From positions 220,534,001 to 220,598,000 of the forward strand of contig OZ024742.1 of the NCBI GenBank assembly GCA_964016885.1: DNA of 64,000 nt, given 5' to 3'. Source of the stretch: Eledone cirrhosa (lineage: Eukaryota). The position numbers and the translations under genes are program-made. The notes under the pieces are model-generated. The model was given only the letters and a program-made list of their open reading frames with translations. It did not search any database and was not told the origin of the DNA. Shown here piece by piece: positions 51,283 to 63,689 of this stretch (positions are counted from its first letter, which is position 1; every line of letters begins with the position of its first letter).

Positions 51283-51324
<42 letters not shown>

Positions 51325-51329
<5 letters not shown>

Positions 51330-53200
51330 CTGTTATTTTGTCAACTTAAGAACACATTGAACAATTCGATTACAGCTTTGACAAGACAACAAATCGCAGA
51401 ACCATCTGAATTCCCTAATTGCTCTGAAAACCTTTGGCCAACAACGAATTGATACTGTGATTCATCACTGGAAAGCAGCTTCAATTCAGTTGCATAATAG
51501 ATCAGTTGAGAAACATCGTGATATATTGAAAAGGTCAATTCATTGTGTTGAAATGTTGTCCTGTTAAGAATTATCATTTTGAAAACACGATGAAACAGAA
51601 GGATCAAACAATAAGGGTAATTTTCTGGCTATATGTGAAGCAGTAGCAGAATACAATGATTGTTTAAGATCGCATTTAGATTTTATGAAGAAAAATGCTT
51701 ACTACACATTTTCTGGACTTTCAAGTTATATTCAAAACAAAATCATTAATTCTATGGCTGCTACAATTGAATGTGAAATTAAGGCAATGATAAAAAAAAA
51801 TCATCATTTGTTGCGGTTATATTTAATGAGACTACGGATCTTTCAATGAAATCTCAATTTACACGTATTTTGCGATTTGTTGACGAGAAGGAAAAGCCTC
51901 AAGAAAGGTTTTTGTGATAGGTCGATGTCAGTAAAAATAGAAGAGCTGCATTGGTGACAGAAGAAGTTTGAAAATTTGTTAATGAATTCAATTGTGGTAA
52001 AAAATTCATCACACAAAATTATGATGGAGCAAGCGTGATGACAGAGTATTTGAACAGAGTGCAAACAAGAACGAAGGAGATTTTTTTATGTGAACGTCAT
52101 GTTTGTACATTGTTATGTGCATTCACTTAATTTGGTACTCTCTCAATCAGCTTCAAGTATTCATGAATTCTCTTCCAAACTTTAAAAGGAACTTTTTTCT
52201 CAAAGTTGACAACTCAAATAGCTCTATTGGATGAAATTGTTGGAAGACGATTTCCCAAATTACCTGAGACATGTTGGAATTATTCATTTTGACAGGTATC
52301 TATTTTATTTGATAAAATTACTGTTTTCTGAGCCATTTTCAACGATATAAAATCGGGAAGATTGGAATGCTTCAGAATTAGAGCAGGGAAGGGGATTCAT
52401 TGCAACACTAGAAGATTTTCAGTTTAAATTGTTATTAGTAGTTTTTGAAACCATATGAGTAGTTCAGGAATTCTGTTTTCGATTCTTCAAAAAGGTTTCC
52501 TTGATATTTCGAGGTGCATTCATTGGGTTGAAGATTTCCAGAAACAATTGGTTGATATCAAGAACAACAAGTTTGAGGAATTTTACTGTCGGGTTCTGTA
52601 AGGTGTCGCTGAACCACTGGAGAAGCGTGGTCGATATCAAGAACCAGTTGTTTAAAGAATTTTGTTTAACAACATTTTGGATGAAGTTATTGTTCACGCT
52701 GAGCAAAGATTTTAAAAAATAGGAGAGTTCAGATTTGTTGAATTGTTGAATCCAAAGCTTTTTCATGCTTACGAAAAAAAATTTCCGATGGAAACGTTTT
52801 CATTCTTGGGTATCTTTATAAACATATTGGATTTGGATGGACTGAAATGCGAGCTGAAATTAGTTTATGCTGCAGATTTTGCAAAGCAGCTGTCAAGCAT
52901 CCAAGTTCGCAGACATAATACAGGAACTTGAACTAAATCAAGCTCTGGCAGAAGCAACAAAATTATTACGCCTGATTCTGGCTATACCTGCCACATCTGC
53001 TTCATGTGAGAGATTGTTTTCTTAATTAAAGCGAGTAAATAATTATATGAGGTGTTCTCAATGTGAAGAGAGATTGAGTAATTTGGTCTTCATTTTCATG
53101 AATTTTGAAGAAGATGAAGGTAGAGTGTGGTGCTGATGTATTTTATAGCAAAGTGATTGATGAATTGAACTGATTTACAAAGGAATTTTAAGTATCTCAT
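51325..53200 (+). pseudogene. decayed hAT transposase (DUF4371/ZMYM1-like)
   Basis: NKGNFLA, SSYIQNKII, NETTD, ERF, QNYDGASVM, VHCYVHSLNLVL, IPATSASCERLFS*LKRV; many frameshifts. Confidence 0.85.
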
Positions 53201-53744
53201 TATTTGAAGGTTTGTTATTTTCTCATATTTCTCTCGTAACCAATAAGGGTCATCATGACAGGTCCTTCGACAGGGTGTTACTAATGGGGAGACATCAAAT
53301 CCAGTGGAGAGGGGTATCAAGCCTGAAGTGTTGTCTGCTGGTAGATGTGCATTTTCTTACATTAGGATTAGCTCATATTACATTTACAAATGGAGGAGAG
53401 GACGACGAATAATTTTGCAGAGGAGGTTGAGGCTTCACAGCCACACTCTCCACCATGGTGACTGGACTGCATGCCCGCTTTCCAAGTTACCCTACAACAC
53501 TGCTCTGCAGTACATACATCTCTCACTAGCTATGCTGATAACACAAAGGTAGCACAGGCAATCAGGAACCCGGCTGATGCTACTCATTAACAAGATCTGG
53601 ATGCCATATACAAATGAGGTGAGAACAAAAACATGCAATTTAATGCTGGAAAAGCTCTACACTACCAACCTGCAAACACCAGGACAGTACAACAAAGCTA
53701 CATATATATCTATATATATGTATTATACTTTTCATTTTCATTTA

Positions 53745-53764
53745 TATATATGTATATATATATA

Positions 53765-53843
<79 letters not shown>

Positions 53844-53875
53844 TCATCTTCGTTTAACGCTAGCATGGGTTAGAC

Positions 53876-53931
<56 letters not shown>

Positions 53932-53945
53932 TATATATATATATG
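53745..53945. repeat. (TA)n microsatellites
   Basis: TA runs. Confidence 0.9.
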
Positions 53946-54125
53946 ATGGCTGCAAACTCACGCTAAGAATATTGCTGTAGAAATCAAGCTGTAGAAATCA
54001 GTTATAGAATCAGCTGTTGAAATCAAACCCAAATCGGTTCTGTATGAGCATAACATGGTCGCCTGACCTAGCATTGCTCACAACAGGATAACTCATGCCA
54101 GCAGGGAAAAATGGATGTTAAACAG

Positions 54126-54159
<34 letters not shown>

Positions 54160-54174
54160 ATATATGTAGCTTTG

Positions 54175-56345
54175 ATTACTTTGATAGGTTTTGGCCAGTA
54201 TTGGCACAGGCCATGTCTAACTTAATAGCACCACCTGGCGAAGTCTTTCAAATCAGGATTTGGACACCATAGTCCACTCAAACAGAGAGTTATTGTTTAC
54301 AGAGGCATATCCTGGTGTTAGAGGTTTATCCAGGATTTCTTGAAGGAATTTGTCCAAAAACCTTTTGGATTTTATGGGATTTGTTTCTGTTTTAATGTGT
54401 TTTGGTGTAATGTTAAAGAGAGTGGGACCAATTGAGCTGAAATAATTGTGCCATAATGTTTGTTGTTATGAGTTGCAAGTTTGATTTTTGTTGTGGGCAG
54501 AGAGTACTGGGCCCAAGCTTTAGGTGTATTTTAAAGGTGATGCCATCATCATCTTGGCAATGCTGATGGAATATTTTCCACATCATGCAGATGGCATTGG
54601 AGAAAATAGAGTTTGAGCTTTTCTAGTCGACCCCCAATAGTCAAAGCCTCTCATATCGTCTATCTTTTTTGTGATTGACCTTTGAGGTGCTTCAATATTC
54701 ATAATACTTTGTTTTCTGTGGGGAGATCACAGTGAACAACAGTATTCAAGGGGCAGTCGGGCAAAGGTAGAGAAGAGAAGGTTAATGGTGTGGATATTTC
54801 TCAAATGGAGAGTTCTGAGAATCCAGGAACACATTCTGCGGGCCATGTCAACTTTGCTGTTTATATGAGTGGCCCAGCTTAGGTTGTTTTTGACAATTTC
54901 TCCCAAGTCTCTGATGTTGTTGGATGCCACGAGAGTTTCACCTGAAGAAAGGGAATATGGGAGTTTCAGTGCATCTTCTTTTCCAAAGTGGATTAATTCA
55001 AATTTATCCTCAATCAGCAACATATTGTTCTTTTCCGTGCATTGGATAACAGCAAGTAGATCTGATTGAAGGCATGTCTGGTCACCCACTCTATTGATGA
55101 CCTTCTGGAGCTAGGAATCATTTGCAAAGAGTCTTATGTTATTGTGTTGATGATGTCAATAATGTCATTGATATAAATAATTGTTTCTACTTTTAGCACA
55201 AGGCCAGCAATTACCCAGTGCATTACTGGTACTTTATTTTATCGACCCCGTATGGATGAAAGGCAAAGTCAACCTCGGCGGGATTTGAACTCAGATCGTA
55301 AAGAGACGTAACTATGCTGGAAAGCATGGCGTCCGACCCTCTACCGATACTGCCAATCCACCGTCATTGATATAAATAATGAAGAGAAGTGAAGTGAGCC
55401 TAACATAGTGCCTTGTGGGACACCACTATTGACTTTGGCTAGACTTGATTGTACTCCTTCAACTACAATATGTTGGGCTCTGTTTGTCAGGAAACACTTG
55501 ATCCATTTTAGTAACTTTCCAGAGACACCAATGCAGGATAGTTTTTTCAATAGGATGTGATCAACCCAGTCAAAGGCCTTGCTGAAATCCAGGTATATGA
55601 CATCAGTGTAAGATCCCTCTCCCAAAGCTCTTAACATGTCATCAGAATGATGCAGGAGCTGCATTAGGCAGTCCCTCCCATTATGGAACCCATGTTGGTT
55701 GGAGTCAGCTGATAGTTGCTTTCACAAAAGTGAGTTATTCATGATCTCACCACCCTCTCAAAGAATATATGAGAGGGGAGTGAGATCAGACAGTAATTCA
55801 CTGCAAGGGGCTTGTTTCCCTTTTTGAAAAAAAACAGACAGGAAAAACAGGAAAAACAGACTGGGACAGGAAGTTTTCAGGTATATAGCCAGCATCCAGT
55901 GAGTTCCTTCACAGATTAGCAAGAGGAGATGCAAATTGGTGTCGACACACCTTCAGAACACATGCAGGGAACCTGTTGGGGCCTACTGCTGAATTGTGTT
56001 TAATTTTGTTTATTGTCGCTAAGACATCAGGTGTGCCAAACGTTATGTCTGATATAGTGTGTTGGAGGTTAATATCACTGATACGGCCCAGATCAGCCAT
56101 ATCAGGATTGCTGAAAACAGAGTAGTATTGTTTCTGCAGTATCTCACCCATTGTTTTAGTATTGTCTTAGAGAGTGCCATTTTCATCAATTAGAGTGCCA
56201 ACAGTGCAGACAGTGGCCTTGTGATTTTTTGCAGCTGTTTTTTTGGTTATTGATGATGATCTTCATGCATTGCTAGAGGTTATATGTTTTTTATTCAAGC
56301 AGTGCGATAGCAGTCAAATGTGTGTGTTGCTGTTGGCAGTCCTAT
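54175..56345 (-). mobile_element. degenerate CR1-like LINE, copy 2
   Basis: inverted homolog of ~19010-21180; YLDFSKAFD, SGVPQGT. Confidence 0.88.
55182..55363 (-). mobile_element. young SINE (subfamily B) in CR1-like copy 2
   Basis: TSD TCATTGATATAAATAAT at 55165-55181 / 55364-55380. Confidence 0.9.
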
Positions 56346-56581
56346 AGTTTGTTAAATTTCTTTTTTCGTTGTAAAATTTTTTCTTTGTTCTTTTTATTTT
56401 TCTGATAATAGTTGATGACATTGAAACTGTAAGTTACTACTGGTATGGCAAGCGAGTTTATGGTATCAATCCTATTCCTTGCATTCAACTCTGTTCTTAA
56501 GATTGCTCTTACTCTGCAGTTACATTACTTCCTTATCCTTTCCGTCATTGTCGAGTGCTTCTTCTTCTTATTATTATTATT

Positions 56582-58316
56582 GTTCTTTGAGTCTCAGTCA
56601 TTGATGTTTAACTGGAAAGTTTGTTGAAATGAATATCAAGCCGCTACCTGCAGCCTCAGATATTCAGGACGTATCGGAGGGTTCTTGCTGTTCCCAGCAA
56701 GCATGCCTTTTGAAGTGTTACAAAAAGCGGGGCTGGACTAATCTTCTTTAACCATCCTTGGAAACTCTTTGAGATAGTACCTAGTGCACCATTGACAATC
56801 AGAATGACCTTGATTTCATGGCAGTTCCAAATCCTTTTTACCTTCCACTTTAAGTCCTGGTATCGGTTAATTTTCTCCCTCTCCTTTTCTTGCACTCCCA
56901 TGTCAAATGGGCAGGCTACATCTACAATCAGGCACAATCTTTTTTCCTTGTCCAAAACCACCAGGTCAGGCCTATTGTGTTCTAATTTCTTGTTCGTCTG
57001 TATCCTAAAATCCCATAGCACCTTCACCTGATCGTTTTCTATCACCGACTCTGGCTTATGCTCATACCACTTCTCAGAATGTGGTAAATTGTTTACTTTG
57101 CATAGATGCCAGTGGATCACCCTGCTTATCACATCATGTCTCCAGCCTTTATAGTGAGTCTGGGCTAGGTGTTTACATTCAGATACAATGTGAGCCACAG
57201 TCTCCTCTCTCTACACACAGTGAGCTAGCCTCCTCCTTGTCAATATGGTGTTTCACCCACTTCATTCTGAGGGCTTGCTCTTTCACAGCCATTAGCATTC
57301 CTTCTGTAGCTTTTACAAGGTCTCCTCTTTTTAACCAGTTACATGTCTGTGGATCTCTAAATTCAGTTTTCCTAAAGAAGGTACTATGAAGGGATTTTTC
57401 ATGAAGGTTGCTCTTCCTACTTGTTGTTATTTCCTTCTTGGACATCCCCTGGTCTATTGTCTTCTCCTTCAGTACAATTTTGAACATTAGTTCACTACTG
57501 TCAGTTACATATTTGTGCAGGTTGTTTTTCTCCATCTGAACACAGTCCTCTATGCTGATTAGACCTCTTCTACCTTCAGATCTCCTTAAGTAGAGTCTAT
57601 CGACATCACTCCTCTTGTGAAACATGTTGTAGATAGTCAATAGCTTCCTAGTCTTCCTATCCATTTCTTTTTGTTCAGCAACATTGCATTTCAGAATTCC
57701 TGCACTGTACCTAATAATAGACACAGCTCGGGAATTTACTGCACTTATGACCTTCCTACTATTTAGATGTGATTTTAATACACTCCTTACTCTCCTTATG
57801 TACTCAGATCTTATCAATTCCTTCATTTTTTTGTTCTTGATGTCATCTGCCTCCAGAACACCTAAATATTTGTATCCCTCTTCAGTGTCAATTTCCTTTA
57901 TCATCTCACCTGTTGGTACCTGGATTCCGTTGCTTCTGCTCAATTTACACCTCTTCATCACAAGGACTCCACACTTATTAATACCAAATTCCATGCATAT
58001 ATCATTGCTCAAAATACGTACAGTGTCAACAAGTACATCCAACTCCTTCTCACTCATCCCAAAGAGTTTAAGATCGTCCATGAAGAGAAGGTGGTTGATG
58101 GTAAGCTCTCCTTTTCCCCACTTGTATCCTGCTCTCACTTTTCGCAATATAATGGTCAGGGGTATCAGGGTAGAGACAAACAGCAGAGGGAACAAATTGT
58201 CTCCCTGGAAGATACCTCTCTTGATCTTCATGCCTCCCAAGGATTCTCCACCCGATGTTAACTCTGTTTCCCAGGACTTCATACTTTTGCTCAACAACTG
58301 TCTGATGTTATCTGCC
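56582..58316 (-). mobile_element. 5'-truncated R4/Dong-like non-LTR retrotransposon (RT, CCHC, RLE)
   Basis: GIFQGD, HLLFMDDLKL, YKYLG, RLYLRRSEG, AHIVSEC..RHD, RPDLVV..DVACP..EKINRYQDL, GALG; (TTA)n on both flanks. Confidence 0.92.
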
Positions 58317-58330
58317 ATTATTATTATTAA

Positions 58331-58364
<34 letters not shown>

Positions 58365-58366
<2 letters not shown>

Positions 58367-59978
58367 AAGCCGACGACATTACCATAGTGGTGTCGAATGC
58401 CAAACACATCAAGGTGATCGGCACTACACTAAGAGAATATGAGGCAGTGATAGGAGCAATGATTAACCAGGAAAAGTCGGTAGGCCTACAGCTCGGCACC
58501 TGGAGAGGCAGGTCCATGCTGTCCAACAGCATCATTGGGTGCTGGACGGACGGACCGGTTAAATTGCTAGGGATCTGGTTTGTTTCAGACCTCCAGATGG
58601 ACAAAAACTGGGACAAGGTGATGAGCAAGGTGGCCTCTCTCAAAATGGGCCGAGAGGAAGCTATCCCTGAAAGGTCGAGCAGAGATGGTGAATGCATACA
58701 TCACGTCCGTCATTTACTGCCGCCTGACCGTCGTGCCTTGTCCTAAGCCTCGTTTGACTGCACTGAAGTGTTTGTTCTTTCTCTTTTTGTGGAAGGGATG
58801 CGCTCAGATCATCAGGTGGTCCGTTTTCTGTCAACACCCGCTACGTGGAGGGCTGGGCATGCCGTGGTTGATGATGCGCAAACATGCGCTCAGGCTACGG
58901 CACCTCCACCTCTTCCTCGATGGTGATCAGGTGTGGTTGCCGTTTGCTAGATGCATATTTTCCCAGCTCATCTCCTTGATGGAGCTGTAGACCTGGGTCA
59001 AGTGAAGACCGAGAGGGAGCGCTTGGAAACTGGAATGTCTTCAGGTGCTTACAGCCCTCGACCAATCGGGCAATGTGATCGGGGGAAATTCCACCTCAGC
59101 GTTCTATAGGTTAGTGGCGGGAAAGAGTGGCAACGTCCTTGGGGAGACTCAGGGTATCGACGAAAATCAACTACTCAATCTCTTCGGGAGAACTTTTGGG
59201 CCGGGGCCCATGGACAACTTCCAGAAATCCCTGGCCTGGCAGGGCTACCGAGGAGCTTTGCCAGTTCGGGATAAACTCTACAGGCATGGAAGTGCCGTCA
59301 GCCGGGCATGTCCGAGATGCGTGCAGGGGGATGAAACCGTCCAGCATGCACTCGTCCAGTGTCCGAGCATTGCTGAGTTTTGGGTTTATGTTGAACACCC
59401 GCTGTCACGTGTAGGACGGATCCGGCTATCAACTGAGTCCATCGTGAGGATTGCCCCGCCCTCTTCCTTTAGCCGGGAAGGGCAGGCAGTTTTTATCTGT
59501 CTGGTGGCCATGGCAAAAGAGATAGTATGGTGGACGCGTCTGAAAGGGCTGAAGACGAGCACTTACCTCTTCGGTAATGCCCTGATAACTTTTTCAAATT
59601 TCATTTGTAAAGGAAAATCAGGGTAGAGAGGGAAGTGTTCTCTTCCCAGCATTTTGTTGAAAGATGATTGAGAGAGGCAAGCATAGCCTGAGTGAATGGG
59701 CCTGCTCTGAGTATGCGCCTGTAAATTGAAGGTGGAAAATTTGGAGAGGGCACTTGCCTTGGTGGTCAGGGTCACCATGGCTTTGTTTAATGGGCTTTCT
59801 CCACGAGTGTCCTTCAGAAGTCTCCCCCCTATTGGCGAATTTTCCTTTGTTTCTTTTTTGTCAGCTTCTTTGTTTTTTTTCTTTACATGCAGAAATACCC
59901 ATTTTTACCATCCTGTACCGTCCTGTGCTGTCCTTAATGTTATACTTTATGTCAACCCTCATGGTTAATAAAGAAACA
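58365..59978 (+). mobile_element. 5'-truncated Tx1/L1-like LINE, copy 2
   Basis: ADDITIVV, EKS..G, KLLGIWF, GGLGMP, CPRC..ETVQHALVQCP zinc knuckle; ends AATAAAGAAACA followed by ATTGTT(ATT)n. Confidence 0.9.
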
Positions 59979-60129
59979 ATTGTTATTATTATTATGCATA
60001 TTGATATTATAAGCAAATATATATGCATGTAGATATGATACGTCAAATGAAAAGTAAATTGAGAATATACACAGAAATTGAAGAGAGACTGTGTTAAAGT
60101 AATCCATGATACATTAAAAAAAGACAATA

Positions 60130-61555
60130 TTATATATCGTCTTTTTTTAATGAGAGTTGATTGATGAATGTTCGAACAAGTCTTCCTTTACTATGTTGCC
60201 TTTGAGTTGGTTCCCACTGTAGTAGCTTGTGTATAATTTCCTGCTTGCTTCTCCAGCAATGTCTTGAAAATCGTAACCATCTTTGAGCAATCGTAGTTGT
60301 TATCTTGGACAAGTTTCTGTATAAACATTCATTTGTAATACATTAACACCAGTATATATTTTGTACAACTCTAAGAATTTTAGTGTATACACCATCTAGT
60401 TTCTTCTCAAGATTTTCTGTCAGGATCCATGTTCCTGATCCATATCCTTTCTATTTTGTTCATTGCAGCCCAGACTTTGGAAATTCTAATGTCAATGTCC
60501 TTTTTTGATGAACTCATCCAGCTGCATAAATATAGAAAATCATCAACTTGATTTAGTATTCCACCATTTAGTGGGACAAGATTTCTATCCTCTGTCTTGG
60601 TAACATTTATGTGTCGACTTATTTTCCTGGCAGAGAATTCAACTTTATGAAGTTCTTGAGCTTGACCAATGGTATTTGATAGAAGAGCTATGTCATCAGT
60701 AAAATCTGTATCACATATAACATTTGGTGGGTTTCACTTTGTATCAATGAAAGCCAATATCTTGTACATCAACAATGGTTTCCATCATACCATAGTCCAG
60801 AGCAATTATGAAAAGATATGGTGCCAATGTGTCACCTTGAAGGTGACACATTGGTACCAGATCTTTTCATTGGGATTTCAAAGATTCAGTAACACCATCA
60901 GGAAAAAGAACATCAGCTTCCGTGTTTATGTAGAATACATTTATAGCAGAAACTATTACATCATGCATACCATATGCAACTAGGATTGATATAAGCTTTC
61001 CTTTATGGGTGGAGACAAAAGTCTTTTTGAAGTCAATGATAGTACAGCTTTCAGGTACTTTGATCTGATACCTTTGATTCTGTCTGAAACCATTCTGATT
61101 TACTCTGATTATTGAGTCCAGATGTGGTACTACTCCATTTAGTAGCATTCTGTTGTAGATTTTAGCTGCAACTCCTGACAAAATAATTCCTCATTAACTT
61201 GCTGTATATCCCAGTTCACCCCTTTTGGGAAGAGGTACCACTCCTCCTTTTATTCAGATTTCCAGCACATCTCCTTTGAAGGTCTTTTGGCAGATTTCAA
61301 GCAGTTCATTGTTCATGTATACTTTCTATACGTTTTTTAAAATATTATCCCAGCCTGTAGTCTTGTTGTTTTGTGTTGACTTTATTACATCTTTCAACTC
61401 CTGCATTATAAAATCACCAACACCAATAGGCGGTCGGTTAAATACCTTGTCAATATTTCCTTCAACTATCAAGAGAGGTTATCCAAATAATTTAGCAAAA
61501 TGCTCCTTCCACTTCACTCATTCCTTGGGACTTTCAGCTTTTATCTTACTTCGGT

Positions 61556-61590
<35 letters not shown>

Positions 61591-62340
61591 TTATTTCATT
61601 GATAGCACTCCATGCAAGTTTAGTTTGTTTGTTGTTTTTTTTATTTAAGTGGACATTATGCAGTAGTTCTACTTTCTCCCTGGTGCAGCTTTCTTGTTCT
61701 TTGATATAAGTATGATCCAGATTCATTTGAGCTTCAACTATAAACTGTTTGTTTCTTTCAGTCAGATGGAGCATGTGTTTAGAATGGGCACTTTTGAATT
61801 CTTTCCTTTTCTTTACTACTTATTGGTTTTGCAATGAGATCTTCTTTGCTTTGTGCAGTCTCAAAGACATGTGCTGTTCTGCAGCCTTTTTATGTGCTTC
61901 ATTTATGTTTCCATACAGTGTGTTGGCAGAGTTACCTTGAGATTGTTCTTGAACAGCATGGTGTCTGTTACTAATTTCATCTGTGTCATTTTCCTTAGTG
62001 TTTTCATTTGTGTTTAGTGCAGACCAGTCAAAGGGAATTTTCTTTGTCTTGTTTGTTTTGTTACATCTAAGTAAATATGATCCTTGCTATGATAGGACGA
62101 TGATCTGAATCTAGTGGTAAGAAAGAGTTATAAGCTTCACAATTGATTGCACTATTTTTTACATTTATTATTTATTAAAATATGACCAAGTTAACTTCAG
62201 ATACCATTTGGATATTTAAATGGCCACAACTCTCCTAGTTTTATTAGTCAGGTTTTATTCATTTAAAATATCCAACAATAATTCCTCATTTCTGTCTGTT
62301 TTGTCATGAAAATTCTCCTGTGTTTTATGTGGAGTTCTAT
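60130..62340 (-). mobile_element. degenerate RTE-like LINE
   Basis: AAKIYNRMLL..NQNGFR, IDFKKTF, QGDTLAPYLF, RWLRF..HCWR..LLQWEP. Confidence 0.8.
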
Positions 62341-62388
62341 ACAGAATTGAAATATTATCAACAAGATGGACACACATATACAAATAAT

Positions 62389-62568
62389 TGTTTCTACTTT
62401 AGGCACAAGGCCAGTAATTACCTAGTGCATTACTGGTACTTTATTTTATCGACCCTGTAAGGATGAAAGGCAAAGTCAACCTCGGCGGGATTTGAACTCA
62501 GATCATAAAGGGACGTAACTATGCTGGAAAGCATGGTGTCCGACCCTCTACTGATACTGCCAATCCAC
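62389..62568 (-). mobile_element. young SINE (subfamily B)
   Basis: TSD ATACAAATAAT at 62378-62388 / 62569-62579. Confidence 0.9.
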
Positions 62569-62744
62569 ATACAAATAATATCAGGGGAAATAATCTTTGA
62601 GGCACCGAACCATGTAATTGTAAAATCTCTGAATTATTTCCCCTAAACTGTAAAGTCTAGACTAATGGAAATAAGATAGCATCTACATGTTTGCTTGACC
62701 TACTAGATATAGCAGCCAAATCTGGTGATGATGGTAATGATAAT

Positions 62745-63028
62745 TGTTTCTACTATTGGCACAAGGCCAGCAATTACCCAGTGCATTACTGGTACTTTAT
62801 GTTATCGACCCCGTAAGGTGATGGTGATGATAATTGTTTCTACTTTTGGCACAAGGCCAGCAATTACCCAGTACATTACTGGTACTTTATTTTATCGACC
62901 CCGTAAGGATGAAAGGCAAAGTTAACCTCGACGGGATTTGAACTCAGACCATAAAGGGACGTAACTATGCTGGAAAGCATGGCGTCCGACCCTCTACCGA
63001 TACTGCCAATTCACCGCCCTTCTGTGAA
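62745..63028 (-). mobile_element. tandem pair of young SINEs (one truncated, one full-length)
   Basis: three copies of the target TGATGGT(A/G)ATGATAAT bracket two SINE 3' ends. Confidence 0.88.
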
Positions 63029-63689
63029 GGTGATGGTAATGATAATGATGATTAGTATGATAAAGACAAATTTCTTCATCTTTATCTTCTCCTCATCATT
63101 TATTGCTTTTGAAAATAAAGATTATTACCACTGTTAAAAAAGTTTCGTTTCCCATAAGAACCTAAGAAATAAATGACATTTTGCTTATGAAATAACTTCA
63201 CTGAAATTGAGTATTTTCCATGAAGTTAGTGGGTGAGGGAAATATACGTGAAACTAAACTAAATAGCTGTAATCTAAATCACAGTAATTACGACAATATT
63301 GGTAAGAATAGTAATATTTATATTAACCAAACTGAACTTCTTAGTAACTCCCACTTCTATGCTAACACTAGTGCTAACACCAGTAATATTGTAACTAACA
63401 ACCAAAAAATGAACTACAAACTCCCAGCACATATAAACTTATCTATTCAGAATATAAATCTTACTGGAAGATCAACCAATGTAAATACGGATACTCCAGT
63501 AATCCACAATTATATACTCCAAACAAACAATGATATCTTATCTGTGTAAATATTATAAATTAATAAATAAAAATACAGATATCCTTGCTATGTTATATTC
63601 TTTCTGAGCTAGTGGTGTGCATTGACTGGTAATATGCCATACAGTTTCTCCATTCATGCCACAAATCCTACACTTATCACTTTCCTCTG

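Noticed and set aside
57684-58442. 252-aa + strand ORF
   Set aside because: It is the antisense shadow of the R4/Dong RT frame.
63220-63549. 109-aa Asn-rich ORF
   Set aside because: It is low-complexity AT-rich sequence with no domain or splice evidence.
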